This document shows positions 25,452 to 34,829 of a stretch of DNA of 64,000 nt, piece after piece (position 1 is the stretch's first letter; the number at the start of each line of letters is the position of its first letter). Source of the DNA: an uncultured Candidatus Saccharimonas sp. (lineage in GTDB: Bacteria > Patescibacteriota > Saccharimonadia > Saccharimonadales > AQU-01); assembly GCA_943358095.1 (NCBI GenBank), contig CALRGT010000002.1, positions 32,782 to 96,781 of the forward strand, in the 5' to 3' direction. Below the pieces are notes generated by a model. That model saw only the letters and a list, made by a program, of their open reading frames with translations, was not told the DNA's origin and did not search any database. A program made the position numbers and the translations under genes.

Positions 25452-25472
25452 TAAAAACAACTGACCGCTCGA

Positions 25473-25505
25473 AAAAACCGCTTCTCTTAACGAGAGGCGG
25501 TTTTT
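25473..25505. terminator. Bidirectional terminator
   Basis: AAAAACCGCTTCTC-loop-GAGAGGCGGTTTTT. Confidence 0.8.
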
Positions 25506-25596
25506 ATTTATCATTTAACATTGACGCATTAACTTAACATTTATCATTTTTCATTGTAGCTTCAATGACCAAATGACAAATGCTCAATGTTAAATT
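25506..25596. repeat. CATT/AATG periodic hairpin element, copy 3 (shorter right arm)
   Basis: Centre CATTGTAGCTTCAATG, identical to copy 4. Confidence 0.85.
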
Positions 25597-26054
25597 GCTT
25601 TTGCGAGTTTTCGGTAGGGGCGACACATTCGTGAGCTAGAAACATTCCAATTTGTCCCGCAATTAAAGCAGGCATAGGTTCTGCTGTTGGTTTGTAGGCT
25701 GCAATTCGTGCAGGTTGGGCAGGTACTTCGCTGATAAAGCCAATCGCGGTAAGTGTCTAGGCAATCCTGAATGTGGTCTGGGTCGATTGTATAATTGAGT
25801 GATTCGGCAAGCTGTTTGGCTTTTTCCCAGGCCGACACCTCGAGTGTTAGTAGCTGAAAGTCAGAGCTGTAGTCATTGTGTTCAAGCAGGGCATGACCAA
25901 CTTCGTGTAATAGCGACCAAGGGGCTACGACGTCGTCATCTGGTGATATTTTATAGATGACATGATTAGTTTTTGGCGACCACGAAAAGGTAGCTCCGGG
26001 TTTGAAATTAATGAAGGGGTAGCTGGCCTTGAGTTTTATTAGTAACTTTTCCAT
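25590..26054 (-). CDS. Hypothetical HExxH metallopeptidase-like protein with C-terminal zinc ribbon
   Basis: LLHEVGH...E..AW; CPTC...CFNC. Confidence 0.75.
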   Translation of the reverse strand: MEKLLIKLKASYPFINFKPGATFSWSPKTNHVIYKISPDDDVVAPWSLLHEVGHALLEHNDYSSDFQLLTLEVSAWEKAKQLAESLNYTIDPDHIQDCLDTYRDWLYQRSTCPTCTNCSLQTNSRTYACFNCGTNWNVSSSRMCRPYRKLAKAI

Positions 26055-26066
26055 ATAAATACTCGA

Positions 26067-26882
26067 CTATTTTAGCGGACTAGATTCGCGGGCTAATAGA
26101 TAGCATCCGTAAATCACGGCTTTTTCGCTACGAACGGCTTGTCTTATGGCTGGAGTCGGCACTAGTGGAGTGTCGTACTTGCGCATTTCAGCTAGTAGCG
26201 GCGCTTTAAATTTCTGAAAATGAGAGCCGACACCACCGCCTATAACTATCACATCAGGCTGTATGATTGCGATATTATCTACTAAGCCAATGGCGATATC
26301 TCGTGAAATAGTTTTCCAGATTTTAGGATCATTAATCTCGCTAGCCTTCATGCCATACTTTTTATTTATGGCTTTGCCCGACGCGAAACTCTCCCAAGAT
26401 TTTAGGTGACCGTCTTTTTCTAGTAATATTTTTCCACCTTCGGCATTAATAAAACTAGGATTAATCTTACCATTCGTGATAACTCCTGTGCCAATTCCGG
26501 TGCTAATAGTTACATAAAGTACGTTATTAAACTCTTTTTTGATAAGTTGAGCTTCACTTAGGCCTGCTAGTTTGGCATCGTTTTCGACTATCACGGGACA
26601 GCCAGCTAGTCTTTCTAGGTCTGGACCGATTGGAACATTTTGCCATGCCAAGTTGCCGTATGCGATGCCAATACCTTCTTCGCGGTCGATTAATCCTGGA
26701 GAGGCTACGCAGGCAGACTTATAGTCGTCAACGCCAAGTGCTTTGATGTTTGTTTCTAGTTCTAACAAAAAGTCGTCGTAATCTGGAGGAGTTGGGAATT
26801 TGATTTGCTGTTTAATAGTGCCGTCACTGTAAAAAGCCGCCAAAAGCGTCTTTGTGCCTCCAATATCAACAGCTAAATACAT
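26067..26882 (-). CDS. ROK family sugar kinase
   Basis: AVDIGGTK, ENDAKLA, TISTGIGTG, WESFASG, IVIGGGVG. Confidence 0.92.
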   Translation of the reverse strand: MYLAVDIGGTKTLLAAFYSDGTIKQQIKFPTPPDYDDFLLELETNIKALGVDDYKSACVASPGLIDREEGIGIAYGNLAWQNVPIGPDLERLAGCPVIVENDAKLAGLSEAQLIKKEFNNVLYVTISTGIGTGVITNGKINPSFINAEGGKILLEKDGHLKSWESFASGKAINKKYGMKASEINDPKIWKTISRDIAIGLVDNIAIIQPDVIVIGGGVGSHFQKFKAPLLAEMRKYDTPLVPTPAIRQAVRSEKAVIYGCYLLARESSPLK

Positions 26883-27109
26883 AGCTTAATTCTAGCATAT
26901 CTAACCAAAGTAACCAGTGACTTGACCGGGACAGTCCGAAAGCATTTGCAAGGTCTGACCTTGCAAAACCTGATGAATTTCTCGCCAAGCTTCTTTAGTG
27001 GGTTTGGCCGCAAGCCTTGCTTACAGAGAGGCTAAGGTGTATAATTAGTCTAAATCTGATCGGAGTTACAACTCAAGGGTTGCCGCAGAAATAAGGAGGC
27101 ATGAATATC

Positions 27110-28264
27110 ATGTCTAAAAACACAATGAGTATGGACGAGTTGCTAGCGTCTACAGAAGTCGCCGAACTAAAAATCGGGGATGTTATTGAAGGTACTATTA
27201 CTTCGGTGCGCAAGCACGAGGTTTGGTTGGACCTTGGCCCTAATGGGGTTGGAGTGGTCATGCGCCGCGAAATCGGTTATGGTCAGAAATTAGAAGAGGG
27301 TGAAAAAGTCACTACTAGCGTTGTCGATCCAGAAATGGACGAAGGTTACGCATTGCTTAGCATGAAGCGAGCAGTCAAAGACAAGGGCTGGGACGAACTC
27401 CAGCGCGTATTTGATGATCAAGAAATTATCGAAATTGTTGCCTATGACGCCAACCGTGGCGGTATGTTGGTCGAACTAGAAGGTATCCGTGGTTTCTTGC
27501 CAGTGTCGCAACTAGCGGCTGGTCACTATCCTCGTGTTTCTGGTGCTGACAAAGACGAGATCCTACAGAAGCTAGGTTCTCTAATTAACAAGCCAATTCG
27601 TGTTCGTATTCTTGATGTTAGTCGCAAAGATAACAAGCTTATTTTCTCAGAAAAAGAAGCTGTTAAGGACGACATGCAGGCTAGTTTCGCCAAACTAAAA
27701 ATTGGTGATGAAGTTGAAGGTGTTGTTACTGGTGTTATCGACTTCGGTGCATTCGTCAACGTTGACGGTATCGAAGGTCTAGTTCACATCTCAGAAATCT
27801 CTTGGGAAAGAGTTGAGAATCCACGCGATTACGTTAAAGTTGGTGAAAACATCACTGCAAAGATCATCGCTATCGACAAAGACCGCTTGTCACTCAGCCT
27901 TAAGCAGATGCAGGAAGATCCATGGTTACAGGAAGCTAAGGCCTTCAAAGTCGGCGACGACGTCGAAGGAAAAGTTACTAGAATCACTCCGTTTGGTGCA
28001 TTTGTTCAGCTCGGGCCAGCCGTTGAAGCTCTCGTTCACGTTTCAGAAATGAGCGACGAAGAGGGTGTAGACCCAGAGAAGATCTTTGAACTTAACCAAG
28101 TTAAGAAATTCAAAATCATTGATGTCGATACTGACTCTCGCAAGATTGCCTTGAGTCTAAAGACTAAAAGCGAAGCAAAGCCTAAAGCTAAAGCCAAAGA
28201 CGAATCAGCAGAAGATGCTGAAGTCAAAGCCGAGAAGCCTAAAGCTAAAGCCGCAAAGAAATAA
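27110..28264 (+). CDS. rpsA: 30S ribosomal protein S1 (short, four S1 domains)
   Basis: RGFLPVSQL, DFGAFV..DGIEGLVHISEISW, PFGAFV; AAGGAGG spacing favours ATG 27110. Confidence 0.9.
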   Translation: MSKNTMSMDELLASTEVAELKIGDVIEGTITSVRKHEVWLDLGPNGVGVVMRREIGYGQKLEEGEKVTTSVVDPEMDEGYALLSMKRAVKDKGWDELQRVFDDQEIIEIVAYDANRGGMLVELEGIRGFLPVSQLAAGHYPRVSGADKDEILQKLGSLINKPIRVRILDVSRKDNKLIFSEKEAVKDDMQASFAKLKIGDEVEGVVTGVIDFGAFVNVDGIEGLVHISEISWERVENPRDYVKVGENITAKIIAIDKDRLSLSLKQMQEDPWLQEAKAFKVGDDVEGKVTRITPFGAFVQLGPAVEALVHVSEMSDEEGVDPEKIFELNQVKKFKIIDVDTDSRKIALSLKTKSEAKPKAKAKDESAEDAEVKAEKPKAKAAKK

Positions 28265-28316
28265 GAACATCCAAAATAATGTAATCGTTTAGCTTTTCGT
28301 GAAAGGAGCGTGCCGA

Positions 28317-30092
28317 ATGTCGAATATAATCGAAATCGAAGATAACGTCACTGTCGGTACGCTTGCCGAAAAACTAAATATACCAGTTACTAAGCTCATC
28401 ACTGAGCTAATGAAGAACGGTATTCTAGCGACCGTCAACGAACGGATTGATTACGATACAGCGGTAATTATTGTTGCCGAATTAGGTATTCCAGACGTTG
28501 AGTTGACTCGAAAGAGCAACGAAGTTGTTGTGTCGCCAAGAGATAATCGTCAGCCTAGCCTAACCGGGACATTACGTCCTCCGGTTGTGGCTGTCATGGG
28601 TCACGTTGACCATGGTAAAACTTCGTTACTCGACGCCATTCGTGGTGCCGAAGTAGCGAAGGGCGAAGCTGGCGGCATTACGCAGCACATCACTGCTTAT
28701 CAAATAAAACATCCAGCAACCGACACCGGTCGCTTGATGACATTCCTCGACACTCCTGGTCACGAGGCTTTTGCTGCACTTCGCCAGCATGGAGCTCGCG
28801 CTACTGACCTAGTTATAATTGTTGTCGCAGCTGACGACGGCATTAAGCCTCAGACTATCGAAGCTATTAGGTACGCTCGCCAAGCAGGTGTACCAATGTT
28901 GGTAGCAATTAATAAAATCGACAAGCCAGGCGCCGACGCTAATAAAATCAAGCAGCAACTAGCCGACCAAGAAGTCCTTATTGAGGAATGGGGCGGCGAT
29001 ACTGTAGTGATGGAAGTTTCAGCTAAGACCAAGCAGGGCATACCAGAACTGCTTGATATGGTGCTATTAGTTACTGACGTCGCTGAGCTAAAAGCCGAAA
29101 ACGCAGGTCCAGCACGTGGCCTTATTATCGAGGCTCATATGGAGCGGGGACGTGGCCCAGTGGCAATTGCACTAGTTGAGGGCGGAACACTCGCTAGCGG
29201 CGACTATGTCGTTGCAGGCGGCACTTATGCCAAGGTTCGCAACCTAGAAACAACCACCGGTCAGGTTCTAAAGACTGCCACCGCATCTACTCCTGTTGTT
29301 ATTACTGGATTCAAGACATTACCAGAATTTGGTGATGAGTTTGCTTGCGCTAAAGACGAAAAAACTGCTCGTACACTAGCCGAATCAATGATGGCTACTC
29401 GTCAATCTGCCTCTGGTAAATTAGACATGAGCGGCGGTGACTTGATCCGTATGATCAATCGAACTAACGAGCTAACAGAGCTTCCGATTATCGTTAAGGC
29501 TGACGTTCAGGGTTCTTTGACATCAGTTATTGACAGCCTTAAATCGCTCGCAAATGACGAAGTAGCAGTTCGCGTCGTAGGATCTGGCGTCGGTGCGATT
29601 GGTGAGAACGATATTCATACGGCTCACTCCAGTGGTGCCATCATCTACGGCTTCAACGTGCCGCTTTCTAGTAGCGTTAAGCAATTGGCCCACCGTGACC
29701 AAGTTTCTATTCGACTTTACAATATTATTTACGAAATGATCGACGACACCAAGCTAGAACTAACCAAGTTATTGGCTCCAGAAATTGTCGAGACAGAACT
29801 AGGCCGACTAGTTGTGCGTGCTATCTTTAAGACAACCAAAACAGAGGTCATTTGCGGTGGCGAGGTTACCAAGGGTAAATTAAGCCTACCAGCACTAGCT
29901 CGCGTTATACGCGGCGGTGAAACTCTAGCAGAAGTAGAAGTCACTAATCTTAAGCGTGGACCTGTCGACGCCAAAGAGGTCGCTGAGGGCGAGATGTGTG
30001 GTATGAGCTTCCGTTCTACTGCTAAAGTCACTATCGAAGAAGGTGACCACATCGAATTCTTTACTCGCCAAACTGTAGCCCGAACTCTTTAG
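28317..30092 (+). CDS. infB: Translation initiation factor IF-2 (short form)
   Basis: RPPVVAVMGHVDHGKTSLLD, GGITQHI, DTPGHEAF, NKID, KADVQGS. Confidence 0.97.
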   Translation: MSNIIEIEDNVTVGTLAEKLNIPVTKLITELMKNGILATVNERIDYDTAVIIVAELGIPDVELTRKSNEVVVSPRDNRQPSLTGTLRPPVVAVMGHVDHGKTSLLDAIRGAEVAKGEAGGITQHITAYQIKHPATDTGRLMTFLDTPGHEAFAALRQHGARATDLVIIVVAADDGIKPQTIEAIRYARQAGVPMLVAINKIDKPGADANKIKQQLADQEVLIEEWGGDTVVMEVSAKTKQGIPELLDMVLLVTDVAELKAENAGPARGLIIEAHMERGRGPVAIALVEGGTLASGDYVVAGGTYAKVRNLETTTGQVLKTATASTPVVITGFKTLPEFGDEFACAKDEKTARTLAESMMATRQSASGKLDMSGGDLIRMINRTNELTELPIIVKADVQGSLTSVIDSLKSLANDEVAVRVVGSGVGAIGENDIHTAHSSGAIIYGFNVPLSSSVKQLAHRDQVSIRLYNIIYEMIDDTKLELTKLLAPEIVETELGRLVVRAIFKTTKTEVICGGEVTKGKLSLPALARVIRGGETLAEVEVTNLKRGPVDAKEVAEGEMCGMSFRSTAKVTIEEGDHIEFFTRQTVARTL

Positions 30093-30093
30093 T

Positions 30094-30825
30094 TTATTTT
30101 AGTCTTAAATCAGATGGTTCGAGGCCTAAGCGGTCGCCATCAAATCCATTTTTGTTCATAAACACCAAATCAGTAATCATTAGGTTTCGCTGAATTTGTC
30201 GCTCTGCTTCTGAGCTATCAAGCATGAACCTGGTGTGGTAGGGGTGTTCGATTTCATGCGCTTCGTCACCAATAAAAGTTACCGTCGGGAAGATATTTGA
30301 CTCCGGTAGAATCAAGACTGTGTCCAGAGCTAGTCTTGCAACTAGTAGTCCAGAATTTTCTTTAGGTTTAGGACTTTCATGGTTAGTTGTGGCCATGTTG
30401 GCATTGCGGTCAATTATCATTATGCCCGATTCTGGTCCCGACAACTGGGTTATTAAGCGGACGCCAGGGTCGTTTGTCTCGTTGTCGCTATCGATGTGCC
30501 AATTCTCTCTTGATCCTGTTGTCAACAAGGCAGATTTTGTGGTCATGATGTTGCTCTGATGCACCGTAAGCTCTCTTATGGCGTCAACGGCATCGATAAG
30601 TTGGGCAGGTTGATTAACGTAGCGTTTAGCACCCATCTTTTTGGGAAAGCTCCGGCCGTATTCGTCGGATAAGTCGTGACTTAGCCCAGCAATAGATATT
30701 GCGCCAATACCCAGGGTTAGGGCGTCGCTAACGGCTCGACTGACGGCCTCAGGGTTAGACCTCGGGTTTATGTCGAAGGCGTGAATATTAATATCGCTAT
30801 AATTAGGATTTCTTTTTTGTGACAT
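30094..30825 (-). CDS. Hypothetical protein, possible 2OG-Fe(II) oxygenase-like (HxD...H)
   Basis: WHID...PGVRLITQLSG...YH...R.LMITD. Confidence 0.6.
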   Translation of the reverse strand: MSQKRNPNYSDINIHAFDINPRSNPEAVSRAVSDALTLGIGAISIAGLSHDLSDEYGRSFPKKMGAKRYVNQPAQLIDAVDAIRELTVHQSNIMTTKSALLTTGSRENWHIDSDNETNDPGVRLITQLSGPESGIMIIDRNANMATTNHESPKPKENSGLLVARLALDTVLILPESNIFPTVTFIGDEAHEIEHPYHTRFMLDSSEAERQIQRNLMITDLVFMNKNGFDGDRLGLEPSDLRLK

Positions 30826-30840
30826 TGGTTGATTTCCTAA

Positions 30841-31539
30841 TTATTTAGCTGGTTTTTGGCTACGCATCTCGTCAGCCTTGAGGTCTAGGCCGGTCATGTA
30901 ATTTGCAGATCCGATAGAAAGATCGACAATAGCCATATCTGTTCGGTTGCCTTTAATTATCTTGTAGAATGGTGATTCGGCGTTTTTTAGTCCTTCGTCT
31001 GTCTCTATTGGTAGGCCATTTCTTGGCAGTGGTGATTCAGGTATAACGACTACTGAGCCCATTGGAACTCGCGCGATGTTAATAACAGCTAAAGCTTTTG
31101 GTTTAGGCTGCCAGATTTCATTCTTTTGATCAAATCTAACTTGGTCGTTGTCGGCAATAGACACAACAGATGTGTATAGGCCAGATGCGTTGGCTAGCAT
31201 TCTAACCCCAGGCTTAACAACACTCTTGTCTTGGCTCCATCGAGTATCTGTTCCAAGCTGAGTAAGATTGGTTGCGGCTACCTCTACATCGTCAGGAATA
31301 TCTGTAAATTTTGCAATTGTTTCTGTCAGGCTATCGAAGGCGGAAATTTTATCTACAGTTACTCTGCCTCCTGCGTTAGGAAATTTCATAGCAGTTAACT
31401 CTCTATTGTTGTAAGCACCATTTATCACACCAAAGCCATGTATAGCCATTGACGCCAGTGCGCTACGTGTGGCAGCCTCTGGATCCTCTCGGTAGTCAAA
31501 GGCTTCAACTTGCTTTAGATATGTTTTGTGCTCTCCCAT
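30841..31539 (-). CDS. Hypothetical protein, tandem paralogue of 30094-30825
   Basis: Shared motifs AFD....PEA..R, PGVR, .PES..P and .DL; start moved to the ATG after TATAAT. Confidence 0.7.
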   Translation of the reverse strand: MGEHKTYLKQVEAFDYREDPEAATRSALASMAIHGFGVINGAYNNRELTAMKFPNAGGRVTVDKISAFDSLTETIAKFTDIPDDVEVAATNLTQLGTDTRWSQDKSVVKPGVRMLANASGLYTSVVSIADNDQVRFDQKNEIWQPKPKALAVINIARVPMGSVVVIPESPLPRNGLPIETDEGLKNAESPFYKIIKGNRTDMAIVDLSIGSANYMTGLDLKADEMRSQKPAK

Positions 31540-31646
31540 AAGGCGATTATTATAGTACATGCATAGGTTTGTGTCTATAGCCAAAATAACAGATGACTTC
31601 CTTGGTTTTGAGTGCTGCTACAATTTATGTTATAATATTACTCATT

Positions 31647-32687
31647 ATGAGCGTGTCAAGCGGGGACCAGCAAGGTAATGAGAATTATAAGGAGAGCCAG
31701 AGGCCGTTAAGATGGCAGAAAGGCCCATTCTTGGTGTCTTGGTTATCTAAGCGTAATTCCGAGCCTACAGAGGCTGAAAATCCCTTAGAGTCATCAAATG
31801 GCGAGACTGACACACCCCAGCGCCGATTCAAAAAAGCTTGGAGTAGAGCATTTGGTGGGGTAGCCATAGAAAGTCCCATGGAGATTAATAGCTCGCCAAA
31901 TATTTTAGAAGATTCTTACGAGGAGATTAGTGAGCCCGCGCCACTCGAATTTATGCCAAGCAGCAAGGGTGATTATCAGGGGTTGATGATTATAGATCAC
32001 GCCGACGATTTTGCCCTAGACCATGCTTTGCTGGCAAGCTTAGTTTCTGACACTATTTCTTCACCGGATCATAAGCCAATCGCGCGGCAATATTTAAATG
32101 ACTCCTTAGAAACAAAAACCAACATAACGACAGAGCAGGCTAAGTCTTCTCGTTCAGTTGCCAGAAACTTTAGTTCGCCTGCAGAAATACCCTACGAAAT
32201 TCGTGGCAAGAAGCCCGAATCAATTTTAAGTAGACCGGTAACAGCCACAGAAAGATCCGAAGTCATTGAGGGTCAATACGAGCCTAATCCAGAAATTAGG
32301 GCTGATGGTCCAAAGGCTACCCGCAGTAGCGCCACGCATGTTGGGGTGATTTTGGCCTCTCGTCCTACTCCTACCACGCCCGCTACAGATGATTATTCTA
32401 TCCAATACCAGGCCCCGGTAGAAGAATCCAAGCCAGAATCTGCACCGATAAACTATGATCCTCTCTACAGTATTTCCGCTCCGAAGTCGTCCACCTTCTT
32501 CAAGGCTGCATGGCCACTCGAGCCAATGGTTAGCAGGCTGCCGGATGGACCAGACAATCAAGAAGAGTTATTAATGCTATCAGAAGAATCCGTCTACAGT
32601 GACCTTTATCGGCGTGCCATAAGAGGCGGCTTCTTCGGCGGTCTAGCTACAATATTTGTCATAGTGGTGGTTAGTATAATTAGTTGA
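31647..32687 (+). CDS. Hypothetical Ser/Pro/Glu-rich protein with C-terminal TM anchor
   Basis: Long ORF, disordered composition, terminal GGFFGGLATIFVIVVVSIIS. Confidence 0.7.
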   Translation: MSVSSGDQQGNENYKESQRPLRWQKGPFLVSWLSKRNSEPTEAENPLESSNGETDTPQRRFKKAWSRAFGGVAIESPMEINSSPNILEDSYEEISEPAPLEFMPSSKGDYQGLMIIDHADDFALDHALLASLVSDTISSPDHKPIARQYLNDSLETKTNITTEQAKSSRSVARNFSSPAEIPYEIRGKKPESILSRPVTATERSEVIEGQYEPNPEIRADGPKATRSSATHVGVILASRPTPTTPATDDYSIQYQAPVEESKPESAPINYDPLYSISAPKSSTFFKAAWPLEPMVSRLPDGPDNQEELLMLSEESVYSDLYRRAIRGGFFGGLATIFVIVVVSIIS

Positions 32688-32748
32688 TCGCTATCGTGTG
32701 GCGTAATCCCCAAGTTTTTGATAATATTCAGTAGTAAAAGGAGCTCAT

Positions 32749-33138
32749 ATGTTTAAACTAGATGACAATTTATTACAAGAATTAGGACTGGGCACTTTGC
32801 CGGCAGTCGAGAAGAATAAAATGCTCAGCCATATTTATGAGACGTTAGAAATGCGTGTTGGTATGAAGTTGGCAGAACAGATGAGTAACGATCAGTTAGA
32901 CGAGTTTGAGAGTTATATCGACCGCAATGACGAGCCTGGTGCCTTGAAGTGGCTAGAAGCTAATTTTCCTGGTTACAAGCAGGTAGTTGCTGATGAATTA
33001 GAGAAGTTAAAAATCGAAATCCGTTCTGCAGCGCCACAAATCGTCGCAGCATCTCAGGCTGATCCAATCAATCAGGCACCTCAGCCCGCACAACCTCAAG
33101 CTCCTGCCGCATATCAGCCGCCAGCTAACCAGCAATAA
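32749..33138 (+). CDS. Conserved hypothetical protein (DUF5663-like)
   Basis: LE.RVG..L...MS.DQLDEF pattern; SD AAGGAG; family assignment from recall. Confidence 0.7.
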   Translation: MFKLDDNLLQELGLGTLPAVEKNKMLSHIYETLEMRVGMKLAEQMSNDQLDEFESYIDRNDEPGALKWLEANFPGYKQVVADELEKLKIEIRSAAPQIVAASQADPINQAPQPAQPQAPAAYQPPANQQ

Positions 33139-33146
33139 GTCGCTGT

Positions 33147-34076
33147 CTATAAATCTTTGCCGTAGCCCGCAAGAAATTGCTTTGCCGTCATAATTTTTTT
33201 GCCGGCAGGCTTTAATTCGTCTATCACGAGTAATTTGTCAGAGGTGCGCACCACTAATTGCTTGTCGTCGGTGGCTTTGGCTTGCCCAATAGTTAGGTCG
33301 TCCACCGCGTCATCAACATGCGCCGCACAAATTATCACGTCCTTGCCAGCTAGTGTCGTATAGCTTCTTGGCCAATCAATAAATCCTCTTATCTCGCGTT
33401 CAATTTGTTCGGCTGGCTTCTTCCAATCAATCAGTCCGTCGGCTTTGCTTAGCTTGCGTGAATAAGTTGGCAGGTATGGTCGATTCATGGCTCTGGCGGC
33501 AGTTTCTTGCGACACAGGTTTAACCTCGCCATCAACATACATAGGTAGATAATGGTCGAGCAGGGCATCGCTAAGCTCAATCAGACCATCGGTTAATTTA
33601 GGCGTAGTAATGTCGCCTGGCAGGTCATAAACACCTTCAGCCAATATTTCACCTTCATCCAGTTTCTGATTAATAAGCATCAAACTAACGCCAGTGTTCT
33701 TTTGTCCGCTTAATATCGAAAAGGTGATAGGATCAGCGCCTCGCCACTCTGGTAATAAAGAGAAATGACTGTTGATAATACCAAGAGGAAAGTAGTCGAT
33801 AACATCTTGCCCAATAATAACTCCATAGTCTATAACGATACCAAGCTGACTCGTTACTGGTTTGGTCGCGAAAAGCTCCGACAACTCGCTTTTGGTAGAT
33901 GCGTAATAAGTTTTGAGCCCGAGAGATTCCACTAGTGTTACAACAGGGAAGTCGCCCCGATGATGGCTAGGTTTTGGCTTGGTAATAACGGCTTCGATAT
34001 GGTATTTTTTTGCCAGTAATTCTAATGACTTAGCAGCGACCGGTCCACTACCAAAAAACACTAAAGAAATCTTCAT
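33147..34076 (-). CDS. fmt: Methionyl-tRNA formyltransferase
   Basis: INSHFSLLPEWRGADPI, TGVSLM....LDEG, IDWKKPAEQIER.IR; follows def. Confidence 0.95.
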   Translation of the reverse strand: MKISLVFFGSGPVAAKSLELLAKKYHIEAVITKPKPSHHRGDFPVVTLVESLGLKTYYASTKSELSELFATKPVTSQLGIVIDYGVIIGQDVIDYFPLGIINSHFSLLPEWRGADPITFSILSGQKNTGVSLMLINQKLDEGEILAEGVYDLPGDITTPKLTDGLIELSDALLDHYLPMYVDGEVKPVSQETAARAMNRPYLPTYSRKLSKADGLIDWKKPAEQIEREIRGFIDWPRSYTTLAGKDVIICAAHVDDAVDDLTIGQAKATDDKQLVVRTSDKLLVIDELKPAGKKIMTAKQFLAGYGKDL

Positions 34077-34078
34077 AT

Positions 34079-34657
34079 TTACTCCCCCCAGAGTCTTGGA
34101 TTATCTTTGATCAGGCTGTCATAATCTTGTGGTTCAAGTTTGCCATCTTCCATGATCTTGTAGAAAGCTTCGCTATTGTCCTTGATGTGGTCGATAAAAA
34201 CTATGCCGTTGTTGTGATCGATCTCGTGTTGAAATACGCGAGCCAGAAAGCCCTCGGCTGTGATACGAATTTGCTTGCCTTCGAGGTTAGTAGCTTTTAC
34301 GCGCACCTTTGTGTGGCGTGGTACTTTGCCATAAACATCAGGAATACTTAGGCATCCCTCGAAATCTTCTTCGATTACACCCTCGTATTTAGTGATCTCT
34401 GGATTAATAAAGATATTAAAATTTCGATTATCTTTGTCGTCAAAATCTTCTCGTATTACCACGACTCGGATTAAGCTATCGATCTGAACAGCTGCCAGAG
34501 CCACACCAACTTCGTGTTCACGACTATCTTCCCAGTCGAGAGTAGCGGACTCCATATCATCAATAAGATTCAGGATTTTGTCACTTATAACACCGACTTT
34601 TGTAGATCGTTGGCGTAAATGAGCGTTAGGTAAGGCGATAATGTGGTCTTTGGTCAT
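34079..34657 (-). CDS. def: Peptide deformylase
   Basis: GVALAAVQI, EGCLS, QHEIDH. Confidence 0.96.
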   Translation of the reverse strand: MTKDHIIALPNAHLRQRSTKVGVISDKILNLIDDMESATLDWEDSREHEVGVALAAVQIDSLIRVVVIREDFDDKDNRNFNIFINPEITKYEGVIEEDFEGCLSIPDVYGKVPRHTKVRVKATNLEGKQIRITAEGFLARVFQHEIDHNNGIVFIDHIKDNSEAFYKIMEDGKLEPQDYDSLIKDNPRLWGE

Positions 34658-34706
34658 TTGGTAGAGTATAGCCTATGACAGGGGTTGTGGTCCAGACCGT
34701 AAAGCT

Positions 34707-34829
34707 ATTTATCATTTAGCATTTGTCATTTTGACATTTATTTGTCAGGTGGCATTTGGTCATTGTAGCTTCAATGTAAAATGGTCAATGTCAAAATAAA
34801 TGATCAATGTTAAATGACAAATGATCAAT
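34707..34829. repeat. CATT/AATG periodic hairpin element, copy 4 (priA-def spacer)
   Basis: 4 CATT units, TATT, 3 units, GTAGCTTC loop, then the mirror arm. Confidence 0.88.
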
